Below, in pieces: positions 49,509 through 62,800 of a stretch of 64,000 nt of DNA. This DNA is from Convolutriloba macropyga (Eukaryota). The notes under the pieces were generated by a model that saw only the letters and a program-made list of their open reading frames with translations, had not been told where the DNA came from and made no database searches. A program made the position numbers and the translations under genes. Position 1 is the first letter of the stretch; the number at the start of each line of letters is the position of its first letter. Location of the stretch: the NCBI RefSeq assembly GCF_964194025.1, contig NC_134477.1, positions 53,878,001 to 53,942,000 on the forward strand, given 5' to 3'.

Positions 49509-52500
49509 GTAAGAGCCCAAACAAATTTGCCCTAATATGATAGAGGTCTTTTCGGATAGAGGTTTTCCGGAGTTACATAATAAATCATTGTAAAATTATG
49601 GCAAAATGGGGGTGCAAATAATGGGGGGGGGGGCACAAACGAGAAAGATAAGGGGGCTAGAAAGGGAGACATAGTACACTGTACACAGTGAGAATATTAG
49701 GCACTTAGAGATACATTTACTGTAAAAATGGATCGTTTGCGTTTGTGCCTCCCCCGGTACGTTATGCACCCCTCATTTACAGAGCACATGTCATTACATA
49801 GTAAATCATTATGTACAAATACGGCCGGCACGTGTGTGTGTGTGGGGGGGGGGGGTGCCGATATGCACCCACTAAGCTGGGTTTGGGGGGGGGGGGGGGT
49901 GGCACAACCGGAAAATATCCAAAAAATTAGGATTGGCCAATCAAGTGCCCTTCATGTCCATCAATTGAAATTGTAATATAGCACGGTAGGACCCGTTTTG
50001 CCTAGTGTTCGCAAGATCTATTACAATGACGTAAATATTGCTTGAGAAAATGTGGCATGCTTTTCCTAGAAACCGTGGATCTTTGCTAATAGCTGCGATA
50101 GCATTGTGCTATTATTGGGCTGCTCGCGGTTTTTCCGGCTCACGGAGGTTTATTGATTTCTGCAGTTTGTACCGTAAATAGTGTCTATTCAGTCGGTGTT
50201 TTATCCCAAACTGAAAATGAAAAACAAACGCGAAAATTTGCCTCTGCAGGGTGTCTTTCGTTTTGGAATCTATAATGTTCTGCCTGGTAACTACTTTTTG
50301 GCCGAAATGTGCATATAGGTTGCCAATTTTTGTCCATTTGTGTGACGGTCAGTCGATGAGTTTTTGATTGCGAATTGTTTCTTTAAACATAAAAGTTTTC
50401 GATTTTTCCTTAATGTCGTTTTTTATTGACGAGTGCCGCTGGAGTATGTCTTATGCAACTTGGTTAACAATTTTTTAGCAAGTTTTTGTGATGCTCTGAT
50501 TTCTTTGATGCTTATTCTTTTTTGGTTTTTATCAATGGCTGCTATTGACCTGCTCGTAATTTATACGGTACGAGGAGTTGTAGTTTTCACTTTTTTAACA
50601 AAAGGTAATCTATCCAAGCAAAAAATTACGCCCTGAAAGTGAACGTGGAAAAACTGTTCTATTGAACAAGTTTTAGCTAGGAGATTAACATTCAGTTAAA
50701 ATGGTTTTAAGTCGTCTTCCGTTTTTTTTGTTGCAAATTGTCCCTAGCCGCATAATCTTCTGAGCCAGCGATTATAGCGCTTTTGTTTTCAGACGAAAAT
50801 TTGTTTCGCTTTTCCTAATTATCCCGCTTTTTACATTTTTCGTGAAGCAATATAAAAAGTTGAGAAATTAAAAGTAACCGAAATTCAAGTAACCCAAATT
50901 CAAGCCTTAAAAAGGTTAATTGGCTAATAACGATTGATAAACATGAGAACTTTCCAGAAATTTTGGAAAAATTGGAACAAAAATTTCCAGAAAATTTGGA
51001 AAAATTGCAAAATTCGTGATGTTAAAATGCTGAAAAGCTTTTCCATTGCCCCTAGCAAATATGACAAATATGAAATAACATACAATCAAAACCAGGAGGA
51101 GGTTATCGGGCCACTGAGGCATGAAAAACTGAAAGATAAACCTTTTCAAGAAAAATTTGGCCTCAAAAACTCAAGAGACAAAAATTTTTTCATAACAAAT
51201 GAGAAAAATCTCAAGTTTGATGTAAACGTTGGTATACTTTGTCTTATTAAAATGTTTAAAAAAACCTTTGCATTGCCACTATCAACTATACAGTAACCGA
51301 CTATTGAACTCTAGAGGAGGTCGCAAGGGCCCTGAGGCTGAAGAAACTAAAAAAAGAAAAAAATTATCAAAAAAGAACTGGAAAAAAATTAATAAATATG
51401 CAGTAACCTATTATCAAAGCTTAGGAGGTTGTCTGGGCCCTGAGGCTTGAGAAAATGTTAAAAAATGACAAAAAGTCAATAAAAAACTTGAAAAATGAAG
51501 GTGTCTAAAAAATTGGTTAATTTCGTAATTTTAAAACCTTGAACCACTCCATTACCCCAATCAACTATGCAGTAACATTATTATCAAATTTTGGAGTAGA
51601 TTATCTGGGCGCTGGAGATAAAAATACTCAAAAAATGACAACTGTCAAAAAATTACCAAAAGTTTTAACCAAAACAATGCTAAATTTCTTGATTAAATCT
51701 TTACAATCTGCTACTAGAATTGACGCTTGAATTTATGCACTAACCTGTTATCGGACTCCAGAGGAGGTTCCTTGACCCCTGAGGCAGCAAACAACAAAAT
51801 TGACGGAAATTTCAAAAATTTTGACAAAATTGCAAAAATTATAATTTTGCGTGTTTGTTTGCAGTACCAAAAGATATAGCTCATAAAATGCACAGAAAAA
51901 GTAATAATATCTTGCAAAAGACATTCGTCAACTTTGACAAACGTCAATTCAAATCTGATCAAACAAAATACTAGAAAAATGATAAACGTGAAAAATAGCG
52001 CCATTTTTTGAAAAAAAAACACCTAAAAATTACCTTTTAACCTCGAGTTAGGGCTTTTCAAGCAGCTGCAACACTCTAAGCAATCGAAGGACTACTAAAG
52101 CCGGCTTTGGGCGTCGCTTTGTTTCGCTTTACTTTCTTTCACTTCTCTGGGTGAATCTTCATGCGTCAACATTTTTGGTGAAATAGTCATCGTCAAAGTT
52201 TTGGGTGAAATCTTTTTGACTTCTCTAGGCTAGTTCACTCTCTCATTCTGTCCAAAGTACTTTTTAGCAGCAGCTGCACAGCAGCAATCTATAAGCAACA
52301 GAGATAGTATCGAAATACTAAATCAAATATAGAAAGGGGATATACCCATAAAGCCCAATTTTTGAAAACCGCTACTTTGTTCTTATAAGTCTTCTTTGCA
52401 ATCTCTAATGCTTATTGGTATTGATACTAACCTCTGTATCCTCTCATTAAGAAACAGGAGGATGGCCAGCTACAAAATGACATCAAAATAGGTTGCACTT

Positions 52501-53832
52501 CAAGATTTTTGTTTGTACAAAAATCATTTTGTTCTGTCAACTCCAATCGGGGGTGGGGGAATGAGTGGTGATGACAATTTTCCAATTGTGTTTATACTCA
52601 AGTTCAACAAAGCTATCGTAGCTATTATCCGGCAGTCGGCCGGGTATTCGAGAGTTTGGTTAAAGTGTTATTTAGGGAAGCTAAATATATTGTTTTGTTC
52701 GCATTTTGGGTCAGTCAGGTTAATGCTTATTTCTTAAATCTGACCATTTATCAAAGCAGATAAACATCATTTGTGTTCGAATATAGTTATAAACTTTTAT
52801 TATGTTGCATTTAAAAAGTATGAAAACATGTACTATAAGTGATTAGCCAGTCTAATATGTTGCATGTATCACATATATTTTTATGTAGCTAGTAGTAGCG
52901 ATACGGTGCCCGACGCATTTGGAGGTGCCAGTCAAACAGATTTGAACTCTGACCTCCCGAAGACACCTGGCAATACGGGTGGAGAATTTCACGGCAGTAG
53001 AATACAAAAGCAAATTTCTGATCCCAATGTGAAAGATCCCTTTGCCCCCAAGTAGAGTTCCCGTTATAGCCAATTCGCCTTCTTCTTTTCCTCCTTAAAA
53101 TTCTGGCTGTTTTCTATTTTTTACTTTCTTTCTTTGAGTGAACTTTTTTTGTGATAGCTGCGATATCGGGTGGAGTGCAATTATTGACCTTCTCTTGGTT
53201 TTTACAATTGGATAAGTTTTTTTTTGGCTCATGCTTCTGACGTGACTGCGAAAAAGTCTGAAACTCTTGAAGAAAGTAATTCAAATTCTCTGATGCTTAT
53301 CAGTGTCAATTTATATGTTTGGATATATCAAGCTTGTGACCAGTATGTATATATCGGAACAATTAAAACCACGCAAGCTCCCTGCTCTGACTTTAGATAA
53401 AATCTAGCATGTTTCTTTTAACTTGAAAGCTCTTTTCAAAAACACCTTCTGAAATTATAAGCTCTGGGTCATGCCCACTTATTAATTTAATTTGATCGAG
53501 AAATAAATACATCGCAAAAGTTAGTTAATTCCAATAGTTTTTTGATAAACATGAAAAGTTTATCAGATGCCTCGAAGTTCAGGTTTCTGTTCATCTTGAA
53601 GTGTTGGTTATCATCGGAATAAATTCATTTAATTTGATCAATCTGATGGAGGAAAGTAAGAAAAAAGGGAAAAAGATTGGTTTATCTCTACTCATCCTTA
53701 TTGCTCTCTCGCTCTGGCTTAATGGTTATGCATTTCTATCACAAAATACTCGGGCAAATTGAGAAGAAGATCTCATTGATCTCGTTGTTTATCCTTTTGT
53801 CTCTATATTTGAATCTTTGATAATAAATTTTT

Positions 53833-53875
<43 letters not shown>

Positions 53876-56800
53876 ATAGGACAAAATATGTTTTTTTGGT
53901 ATTTTATGAAACTCTAAGTATAACTTAGAGTATATATAGGACAAAAAGGAGTATATATAGGACAAAAAATGTTTTTTTTTGGTATTTTCTGAAACTCTAA
54001 GTATAACTTATTTCAATTGCAAGGTGCAGTGTTGCTATTTAGAAACCTTTAATCTAGAAATTATTCAACCAAAAATCAAAAAAAGTTTTAAAATGACAAG
54101 GCAACATGCACAAAAATCATCCTTTTCTCTTGTTTTATTTTGTATCTGTAACCAGCAATGAGAATGATATTCACTAGTTCAGAAAAATTTGAGTGATCTG
54201 GAACAATAGAAATCAACAAAATGCAGTTCTTAAAAACGACGCGAACAAAATTGTAAACAAAAACTTGTAATGTTTCTCCGATGTTTTAGACAAACGTTTT
54301 ATGTAATGTTTCTAAATCTAGTCTAATTATAAGTTTGCTTTTGTATTTTTGAGTTTTGACCGCATTCGTAGCCCTTTGCGGCGTTGCCACCTAGTCCCTT
54401 TAAGGACAGGTTTCATAGGCTTTCGAATGCGGTATCAGGGATATTTTTAATTCTTTACCGTTTGTATGCAACGGTTTTAGTGCTTTGACAAAATTTGTTT
54501 TTATTAGTTTAATGAATTAAAAGAAAATTGGAATTTGGCGTCGTGTAGTCGGGTAACTTTTGTCATTTTTTACAGATCTCATCATAATCATCAAAGTTTT
54601 TGAGTGTATTTTTCAGTTTTGACCGTTTTTGTTTTTTTGTTGTCTTCTCTGTTGGTGTCAGCAATGACAATCTTCTCTGCTTTTTGGGGAGACGTGATGC
54701 ATCAGTTACTGAGAGTCCATCTCATAAATTGAGAGTTTTAAAAATTTGTTGTCACTTTATCCCCTGTCGATAAATTGTATCCCCTCAAAACATTTTCAGT
54801 GAAAATTGGGGATTTTGAAATACAATTACGCGTTTTTGAATCGTTGATACCTCTGATTTTTATTTCGCTTTCAATTTTCCAAAGTTCCAGTTTTTCTGCG
54901 TGTTACATTGACTCTTGCCGTTTTTCCTCAATGGTGGCGTACTTTTTCTTGATAACGGGTAATGGAAGCGGTTAATTAGCCTGCTGTTTGTGCTTTTTTG
55001 ATTTTGAGAAATCAAAACAACTTTGGTTTTGAGAAATGTCCTCCGTTTTTTTTATTTTGTCTGCGCCTATCTTTTTTATGACCGTGAGTTCATTTTTCTA
55101 AAGCTCACAGCAGAAATTTTGTTCTGGTATTTCTGCAACTGAACAACCTCGTTTTTGTCTTTTTCTATACGTAGCTTGAGATTTTGGGTCAGTGCTATGA
55201 TAAGAGATCTGATCACGCCCAATTTATTTCGGCATATAAACCCCTTTTGTTTTAAGGAAATTCCTTTCAATTTGTTATTTTATTTTTAATTGATGCTTAT
55301 ACCAGTGCAGTTGTATTAAAGTAATAAAAAGTGGCGGGCATTAATTTTTGGACAAACAAAATCTGTTTTATGAAGAATGGCGGTCATTTTAAGTAATTTC
55401 TTTCATTTCCTAAGAAAAGGAGAAAGTTTGGCTTATTTCGGTTCATGTTATGGTTATAATTTGAAAAAAAAGAGAAAAAAGTAGTTGGAAACCAATTGAG
55501 GGGCAAAGCTGGAAGATTATTTGATTTCGGTATTCAAAAATCAAAATTAAAGTATAACAAGTTTGGCTGTTGTTTAACGGTAAAGAGGCTCATTGGGATG
55601 GGATTGTTGTGTGATAAGACAAAAGTTACATTTTTTTTCAAAACCAAAAAAAAGAAATAATTGAGCTCCATAGTTATCAAAAATTTACGGATAGGGGGAA
55701 ACTCAAACAAAATATTTTAAAAACAACAGAGATTGTGTAACGAAAATTTTTTCAGACGTAACATCAATTAATTTTGCTGATTTTTTAGTTTTGAAACTTT
55801 TATCAAGCCTGATAGGTAGCAGCAGTTAAGGCTTTTGAGGTGTCGCCTCAAGGGTGTTGAGTACCAATCTGAATATCTGAATACAGCTCTGAATGTAGCT
55901 AATCGTTTTTTAGATAGTTTTTAGATTGCCATTCGACTGAAGTTTTATTCAAATTTCTTCCAGCTTTTGCAGTTTGAGCACTAGCAAATGATCCGCCAGG
56001 TGCATTTATTACCGTATTTGTATTTATGGGTGAAGAAACATTATTCTGAAAAAATGCAGTAAAACACTATCAAAAATGCAGTTTTAAATTGTTTTAAATT
56101 GCATTCATTTTTGCAATTATTTTGTATCAAAAAATGATGAAAATCAAACAGGGGCTTACTTGGAAGATTTGAAAAGTTAGAAGCCAATGAAAACGGAAAG
56201 GTGTCAAATCTAGTTTGATTAATTTGTTCAGAAGTTCATATTATGTGAACTTGGATTTTTATTGAAAGTGATGCGATAAGACATAGATGTTCAAACTATA
56301 GATTTGTTTTTGAAAGACAACTGTATTTTCTCTGATAATAACATAGAAAGGAAACCACATTTGAAATTTTTTGAAAAACGCCTTACAGATGTTTCTATTG
56401 TTTTGGTTTCTGTTCTGGTATGATTAAACATGCTTGAATTGACATGAACTTCTGTTGCGAATTGACGTTTGCCCCTGTTTCGTAACTTTTTGTCAAAGTT
56501 CAGCGTCCTGTGTTTTGTTATCCTAAAGTAAAATTGATTCCGATGTCAGCAGAGGTCACATTTGGTCTCTTCCAATTTTTTTGGCCTGCATCTGGTTTCA
56601 AATCTTCAATTTTTCAAGACAGGTCTACAAAGCTGTCGCAGCTATTTTGCAGCAATCTGCTGGCAAAGATTTTTTACTCTATGGATTTCAACCGGATTCA
56701 TAACATTTTTGCTCGCTACAGGCACATGGAAAGCTCCATTTTGTTATATACCAGAAAGAAAGGCATGCTCCACTTTATTCCAAACTCTTTAGTTCAAAGG

Positions 56801-59800
56801 CATGTCATAAAGAGGTACTATGGTATGGATCTTTATGGTTATTTGAAAAACAAGTACCAATTTAATGGCTATTTAAACGTTAAATCTTGCCGTTTCTTTG
56901 GAGTGGTTTCCAGAGATCTTTTCCCCTAAAGTTGTAACGGGAATTACTGTAAAGACCTAAAAAGAAAGATAAGACAGAGAAAAAGACCGAAATAAAGTCA
57001 CAAAAGTCTTCCTCGACAGGATCTGTCAAAAATACTGGGAAAAGGGCAGGGAAAACTAAATTGGCTTCTGATGACGTTGACGACGATGATGATGATGACG
57101 ATGAAAATCAAGATGATGAAAAGAGCGAAGGTGATCCCGGTTCAAAAGGTTTATCAAGAATTACCGGTTCCAAAAGCAACCGTTTTGATGGTGACAATGA
57201 AGCCAAAGGAACAACTGAGATATCAAAAAACATTGAGAAAACGAAAAATGAATCAGGAGAAACAACTCAAAATGAATCTGAGAAGGCTGAGGGCGATCCG
57301 CTTCGCAGCATTCACGGATCGCAACTTAGCGTAAATGATATTGAAGGCTCCAAAGAATTGTCGGACAAAGTTGGCGGTGGCACAGATGGAGGAAAAGAAA
57401 ACACACAGCAAAGTGGTGCAGATCCAGAAACTGCTCTTCAAGAGTCTCAGCTAAGCGGAAGTGGTGTAGGATTATCTGGAAAAACGGGTAGCGGTACAAA
57501 AGGAACAAAAGGATTATCACAGAAAACTGGCGAAGATCCAGAGAGTTCACTTCAGCAGTCGGATCTAAGCGCAAGCGGTACAAAAGAGTTATCTGGTGAA
57601 CCAGGCACTGGTACAAAAGGAACAAAAGTATCACAGAAAACAGGAGCGGATCCAGAAACTGCTCTTCAAGAGTCTCAGCTAAGCGGAAGTGGTGTAGGAT
57701 TATCTGGAAAAACGGGTAGCGGTACAAAAGGAACAAAAGGATTATCACAGAAAACTGGCGCAGATCCAGAGAGTTCACTTCAGCAGTCGGATCTAAGCGC
57801 AAGCGGTACAAAAGAGTTATCTGAAGAACCGGGCAGTGGTACAAAAGGAACAAAGGTGTCGCAGAAAACAGGAGCGGATCCAGAAACTGCTCTTCAAGAG
57901 TCTCAGCTAAGCGGAAGTGGTGTAGGATTATCTGGAAAAACGGGTAGCGGTACAAAAGGAACAAAAGGTTTATCACAGAAAACTGGCGCTGATCCAGGGA
58001 GTTCACTTCAGCAGTCGGATCTAAGCGCAAGCGGTACAGAAGAGTTATCTGGTGAACCGGGCACTGGTACAAAAGGAACAAAGGTATCACAGAAAACAGG
58101 AGCGGATCCAGAAACTGCTCTTCAGGAGTCTCAGCTAAGCGGAAGTGGTGTGGGATTATCTGGAAAAACGGGTAGCGGTACAAAAGGAACAAAAGGATTA
58201 TCACAGAAAACTGGCGCTGATCCAGGGAGTTCACTTCAGCAGTCGGATCTAAGCGCAAGCGGTACAAAAGAGTTATCTGGTGAACCAGGCACTGGTACAA
58301 AAGGAACAAAAGTATCACAGAAAACAGGAGCGGATCCAGAAACTGCTCTTCAAGAGTCTCAGCTAAGCGGAAGTGGTGTAGGATTATCTGGAAAAACGGG
58401 TAGCGGTACAAAAGGAACAAAAGGATTATCACAGAAAACTGGCGCAGATCCAGAGAGTTCACTTCAGCAGTCGGATCTAAGCGCAAGCGGTACAAAAGAG
58501 TTATCTGAAGAACCGGGCAGTGGTACAAAAGGAACAAAGGTGTCACAGAAAACAGGAGCGGATCCAGAAACTGCTCTTCAAGAGTCTCAGCTAAGCGGAA
58601 GTGGTGTAGGATTATCTGGAAAAACGGGTAGCGGTACAAAAGGAACAAAAGGTTTATCACAGAAAACTGGCGCTGATCCAGGGAGTTCACTTCAGCAGTC
58701 GGATCTAAGCGCAAGCGGTACAGAAGAGTTATCTGGTGAACCGGGCACTGGTACAAAAGGAACAAAGGTATCACAGAAAACAGGAGCGGATCCAGAAACT
58801 GCTCTTCAGGAGTCTCAGCTAAGCGGAAGTGGTGTAGGATTATCTGGAAAAACGGGTAGCGGTACAAAAGGAACAAAAGGATTATCACAGAAAACTGGCG
58901 CTGATCCAGGGAGTTCACTTCAGCAGTCGGATCTAAGCGCAAGCGGTACAGAAGAGTTATCTGGTGAACCGGGCACTGGTACAAAAGGAACAAAGGTATC
59001 ACAGAAAACAGGAGCGGATCCGGAAACTGCTCTTCAAGAGTCTCAGCTAAGCGGAAGTGGTGTAGGATTATCTGGAAAAACGAGTAGCGGTACAAAAGGA
59101 ACAAAAGGATTATCACAGAAAACTGGCGCAGATCCAGAGAGTTTACTTCAGCAGTCGGATCTAAGCGCAAGCGGTACAAAAGAGTTATCTGGTGAACCAG
59201 GCACTGGTACAAAAGGAACAAAAGTATCACAGAAAACAGGAGTGGATCCAGAAACTGCTCTTCAAGGGTCTGATCTAAGCGGAAGTGATGGAAAAACGGG
59301 TAGCAGTACAAAAGGAACAAAAGTGTTATCACAGAAAACTGGCGCAGATCCTGAGAATTCACTTCAACAGTCGAATCTGAGTGCAAACGGCGCAAAAAAA
59401 TTATCTGACGAAAATGGTAGTAGTACAAAAGGATTGAAACCTTCACAGAAAACAGGAGCGGATCCCGAGAGTTCTTTTCAAGAATCTTATGTAAGCTCAA
59501 GTGGCGGAAAAGGTTCATCTGGAAAAACGGGCAGTGGTACAAAAGGAACCAATGGCTTAGAACAGGCAACTACTGCGGATTCTGGGAATTCAATTCAACA
59601 ATCTGATCTAAATGCAAGTGGATCAAAAGAGCTGGCTGATGAAACTGGTAATGGTACAAGGGGAACGAAAGATGTACCAGATAAATTAGTAGCGGATCCA
59701 GAAAGTTCTCTTCAAGAGTCTGATCTGAGCGCAAGTGAAGAAGGCTTATCTGGGAAAACGGGTAGCGGTACAAAAGGTACGAAAGGATTATCACAGAAAA

Positions 59801-62800
59801 CAGGCGCGAATCCACCAAGTTTACTTCAAGAGTCAAAACGGGGCGCTAGTAATACGAAAGGGTTGTCTGGGAGAACTGGTAGTGGCACGAATGGAACAAA
59901 CGGAAAATCACAGAAAATGGGCAGTGATCCAGAAAGTTCAATCCATGATTCACAAGCTAGCGGGAGTGCTGTTCAAAGCAAGACAGGCGTTTCCGAATCA
60001 GATCAACGAAGCGCTAATCGGACTAAAAATGTTTCAAAACAGACTGGTAATGTCTCACATAGAATCTCTGATGATGCTTCCTTGACAGAATTGTCAGCAA
60101 CTGAGTTTTCTGGTGATACAGCTAGCGAGTTTGACGAAGTTGATGAAAATCTGGCAACTTTGGGTAGTGCCAAAAGTGTTTCGAAGTCAAGGAAAACTAA
60201 TCAAACAAAAAGTAGGTCTCGATATGGCGACGGAAGTCACGTGGAACCACCGAAGATTTCAATTGACCACTCCAGATCTATATCCGAAGGAACAACTGCT
60301 AAATCAAGGAAAAGACCGACGTCAAAGAGGAAAACAGGACGATCTGACGTTGACAACCAGAGTGGCTCGACATCAAATTTATCCGGTTTTCAAGAAGACA
60401 GTTCGAGGTCAGTTCCAAGCTCGTCAAGAAGCCAGAAAACGTCGTCGAAAAGCGGGAGTATCGATACTAAATCGAAGGTGTCTAGCTCGAAAGGGAAGTC
60501 AAAAACAGCGAGTGGATCGGTAGGAACTAAGTCAAAAACTAAAGCCAATAAGAGCAAAAGTAGACCACAAACTGATGAGTTCGAAGTTATATCGGGCGAT
60601 GGCTCCAGTATCTCAGAGAGTAATGATGAATTTACCGAAATCTCAGGCGGTGAAGATGACTTATCCATTGCATCTGGATTGTCTAAAAGTAGCAAGAAGT
60701 CGGCCAGTAAAAGTAAAAATGGAAAGCCAAAATCAGCGGGAGCAAAATCAAAAACTAAGAGCAGAACCATGAGACCAGCGGGATCGAAAGGTCTAACACT
60801 TCATTCTAAGTCGCAGAAAAGTGGGACCAGGGTATCTAAAACGTCTTCAATCCAGGGATCACAAAACGAAGACGGATCTATGTCATTTTCGAGCGCTAGC
60901 AGAAAGAAGCCATCTTCTAAATCTAGAAGAGGTGATACCAATAGAGGAAATATAAAGCAGCCTATGATGACCAAAAGTCAAGAAGCTGCGCTTTTAACTG
61001 AAACTAGTAACTCAGAGAGTGAAGACAAGTTTCAGTCCCAAACTGGTAGAACACAATCCATGGACACGGAGGCAAAACCAAAACAGACATCAAAAATGTC
61101 TGGAACCATTGGATCTATGCTGTCTGGATCAATTAATACCGGAAAAACGGCGTCACTGGTCCATTCTCGTGGAGCTCATGGAAGCACTGATAATTCGGTT
61201 AATCAACGCTCCGATATTTCAGCATCTGTTGTTCACTCCCGGGGCACTCATAGACATAGTGGAGTTACTGAAGCGGATGATGATCTCGAAGATAGTGCCG
61301 CGAAAAGCAAGTCAGCACTTTCGAAATCAATGGGAACAGCGGGAAAAAGTAGAACAGATACTGGGGGCTCCCGGAGTAAACCTTCCGGTAAAAGTGGCTC
61401 CAAGCTCAGTGCAGAAGACAATCAGACTTCGCCTTCATATGGAACCCTGACTGAAGCAGTAACAAAAGGTTCTAAACGGACGGAGGGCCTGGATGAAGAC
61501 GCAGAAGTTGATGAAGACCTGAGTGGGGATGCTTTCGCTGATGGGAAAAGTGGAGCTGGCTTTTCGAAGTCGAAGACAACCGAAGGAAAAAACGGAACAG
61601 CTGCTTCGATGCCAGGCAGTAAACCTTCAGGTACTCAAGGGTCAAACGTATCGGCATCTGTTGTTCACTCCCGGGGTACTTATGGTCAGAGCGGAGTTAC
61701 GGAAAACGATGATCTTGGAGAGGAGGGCAGTAGTGCCGCGAAAAGCAAGTCAGCACTTTCGAAATCAATGGGAACAGCGGGAAAAAGTAGAACCGATACT
61801 GGGGGCTCCAGGACTAAACCTTCCGGTAAAAGTGGCCCCGAGCTTAGTGTAGAAGACAATCAGACTTCGACTTCATATGGAACACCGACTGAAAAAGTTA
61901 CAAACGGTTCTAAACGGACGGAGGGCCTGGATGAAGACGCAGAAGTTGATGAAGACCTGAGTGGGGATGGTTTCACTGATGGGAAAAGCGGAGCTGGTTT
62001 TTCGAAGTCGAAGACAACTGAAGGAAAAAACGGAACAGCTGTTTCGAAGCCAGGCAGTAAACCTTCAGGTACTCAAGGCTCAAATGTATCGGCATCTGTT
62101 GTTCACTCCCGGGGTACTTATGGTCAGAGCGGAGTTACGGAAAACGATGATCTTGGAGAGGAGGGCAGTAGTGCCGCGAAAAGCAAGTCAGCACTTTCGA
62201 AATCAATGGGAACAGCGGGAAAAAGTAGAACCGATACTGGGGGCTCCAGGACTAAACCTTCCGGTAAAAGTGGCCCCGAGCTTAGTGTAGAAGACAATCA
62301 GACTTCGACTTCATATGGAACACCGACTGAAAAAGTTGCAAACGGTTCTAAACGGACGGAGGGCCTGGATGAAGACGCAGAAGTTGATGAAGACCTGAGT
62401 GGGGATGGTTTCACTGATGGGAAAAGCGGAGCTGGTTTTTCGAAGTCGAAGACAACTGAAGGAAAAAACGGAACAGCTGTTTCGAAGCCAGGCAGTAAAC
62501 CTTCAGGTACTCAAGGCTCAAATGTATCGGCATCTGTTGTTCACTCCCGGGGTACTTATGGTCAGAGCGGAGTTACGGAAAACGATGATCTTGGACAGGA
62601 GGGCAGTAGTGCCGCGAAAAGCAAGTCAGCACTTTCGAAATCATTGGGAACAGCGGGAAAAAGTAAAACAGATACTGCGGGCTCCAGGAGTAAACCTTCT
62701 GGTAAAGGTGGCCCCGAGCTTAGTGTAGAAGACAATCAGACCTCGACTTCATATGGAACACTGACTGAAACAGTTACAAAAGGTTCTAAACGGACGGAGG

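Noticed and set aside
56510-56929. 139-aa ORF upstream of the giant exon
   Set aside because: Overlaps a HINE 3' end, starts at GTG, has no motif and no compatible splice sites were found.
57326-59569. 747-aa minus-strand ORF
   Set aside because: Antisense shadow of the in-frame 228-bp coding repeat; the + frame 1 ORF extends far beyond it on both sides.
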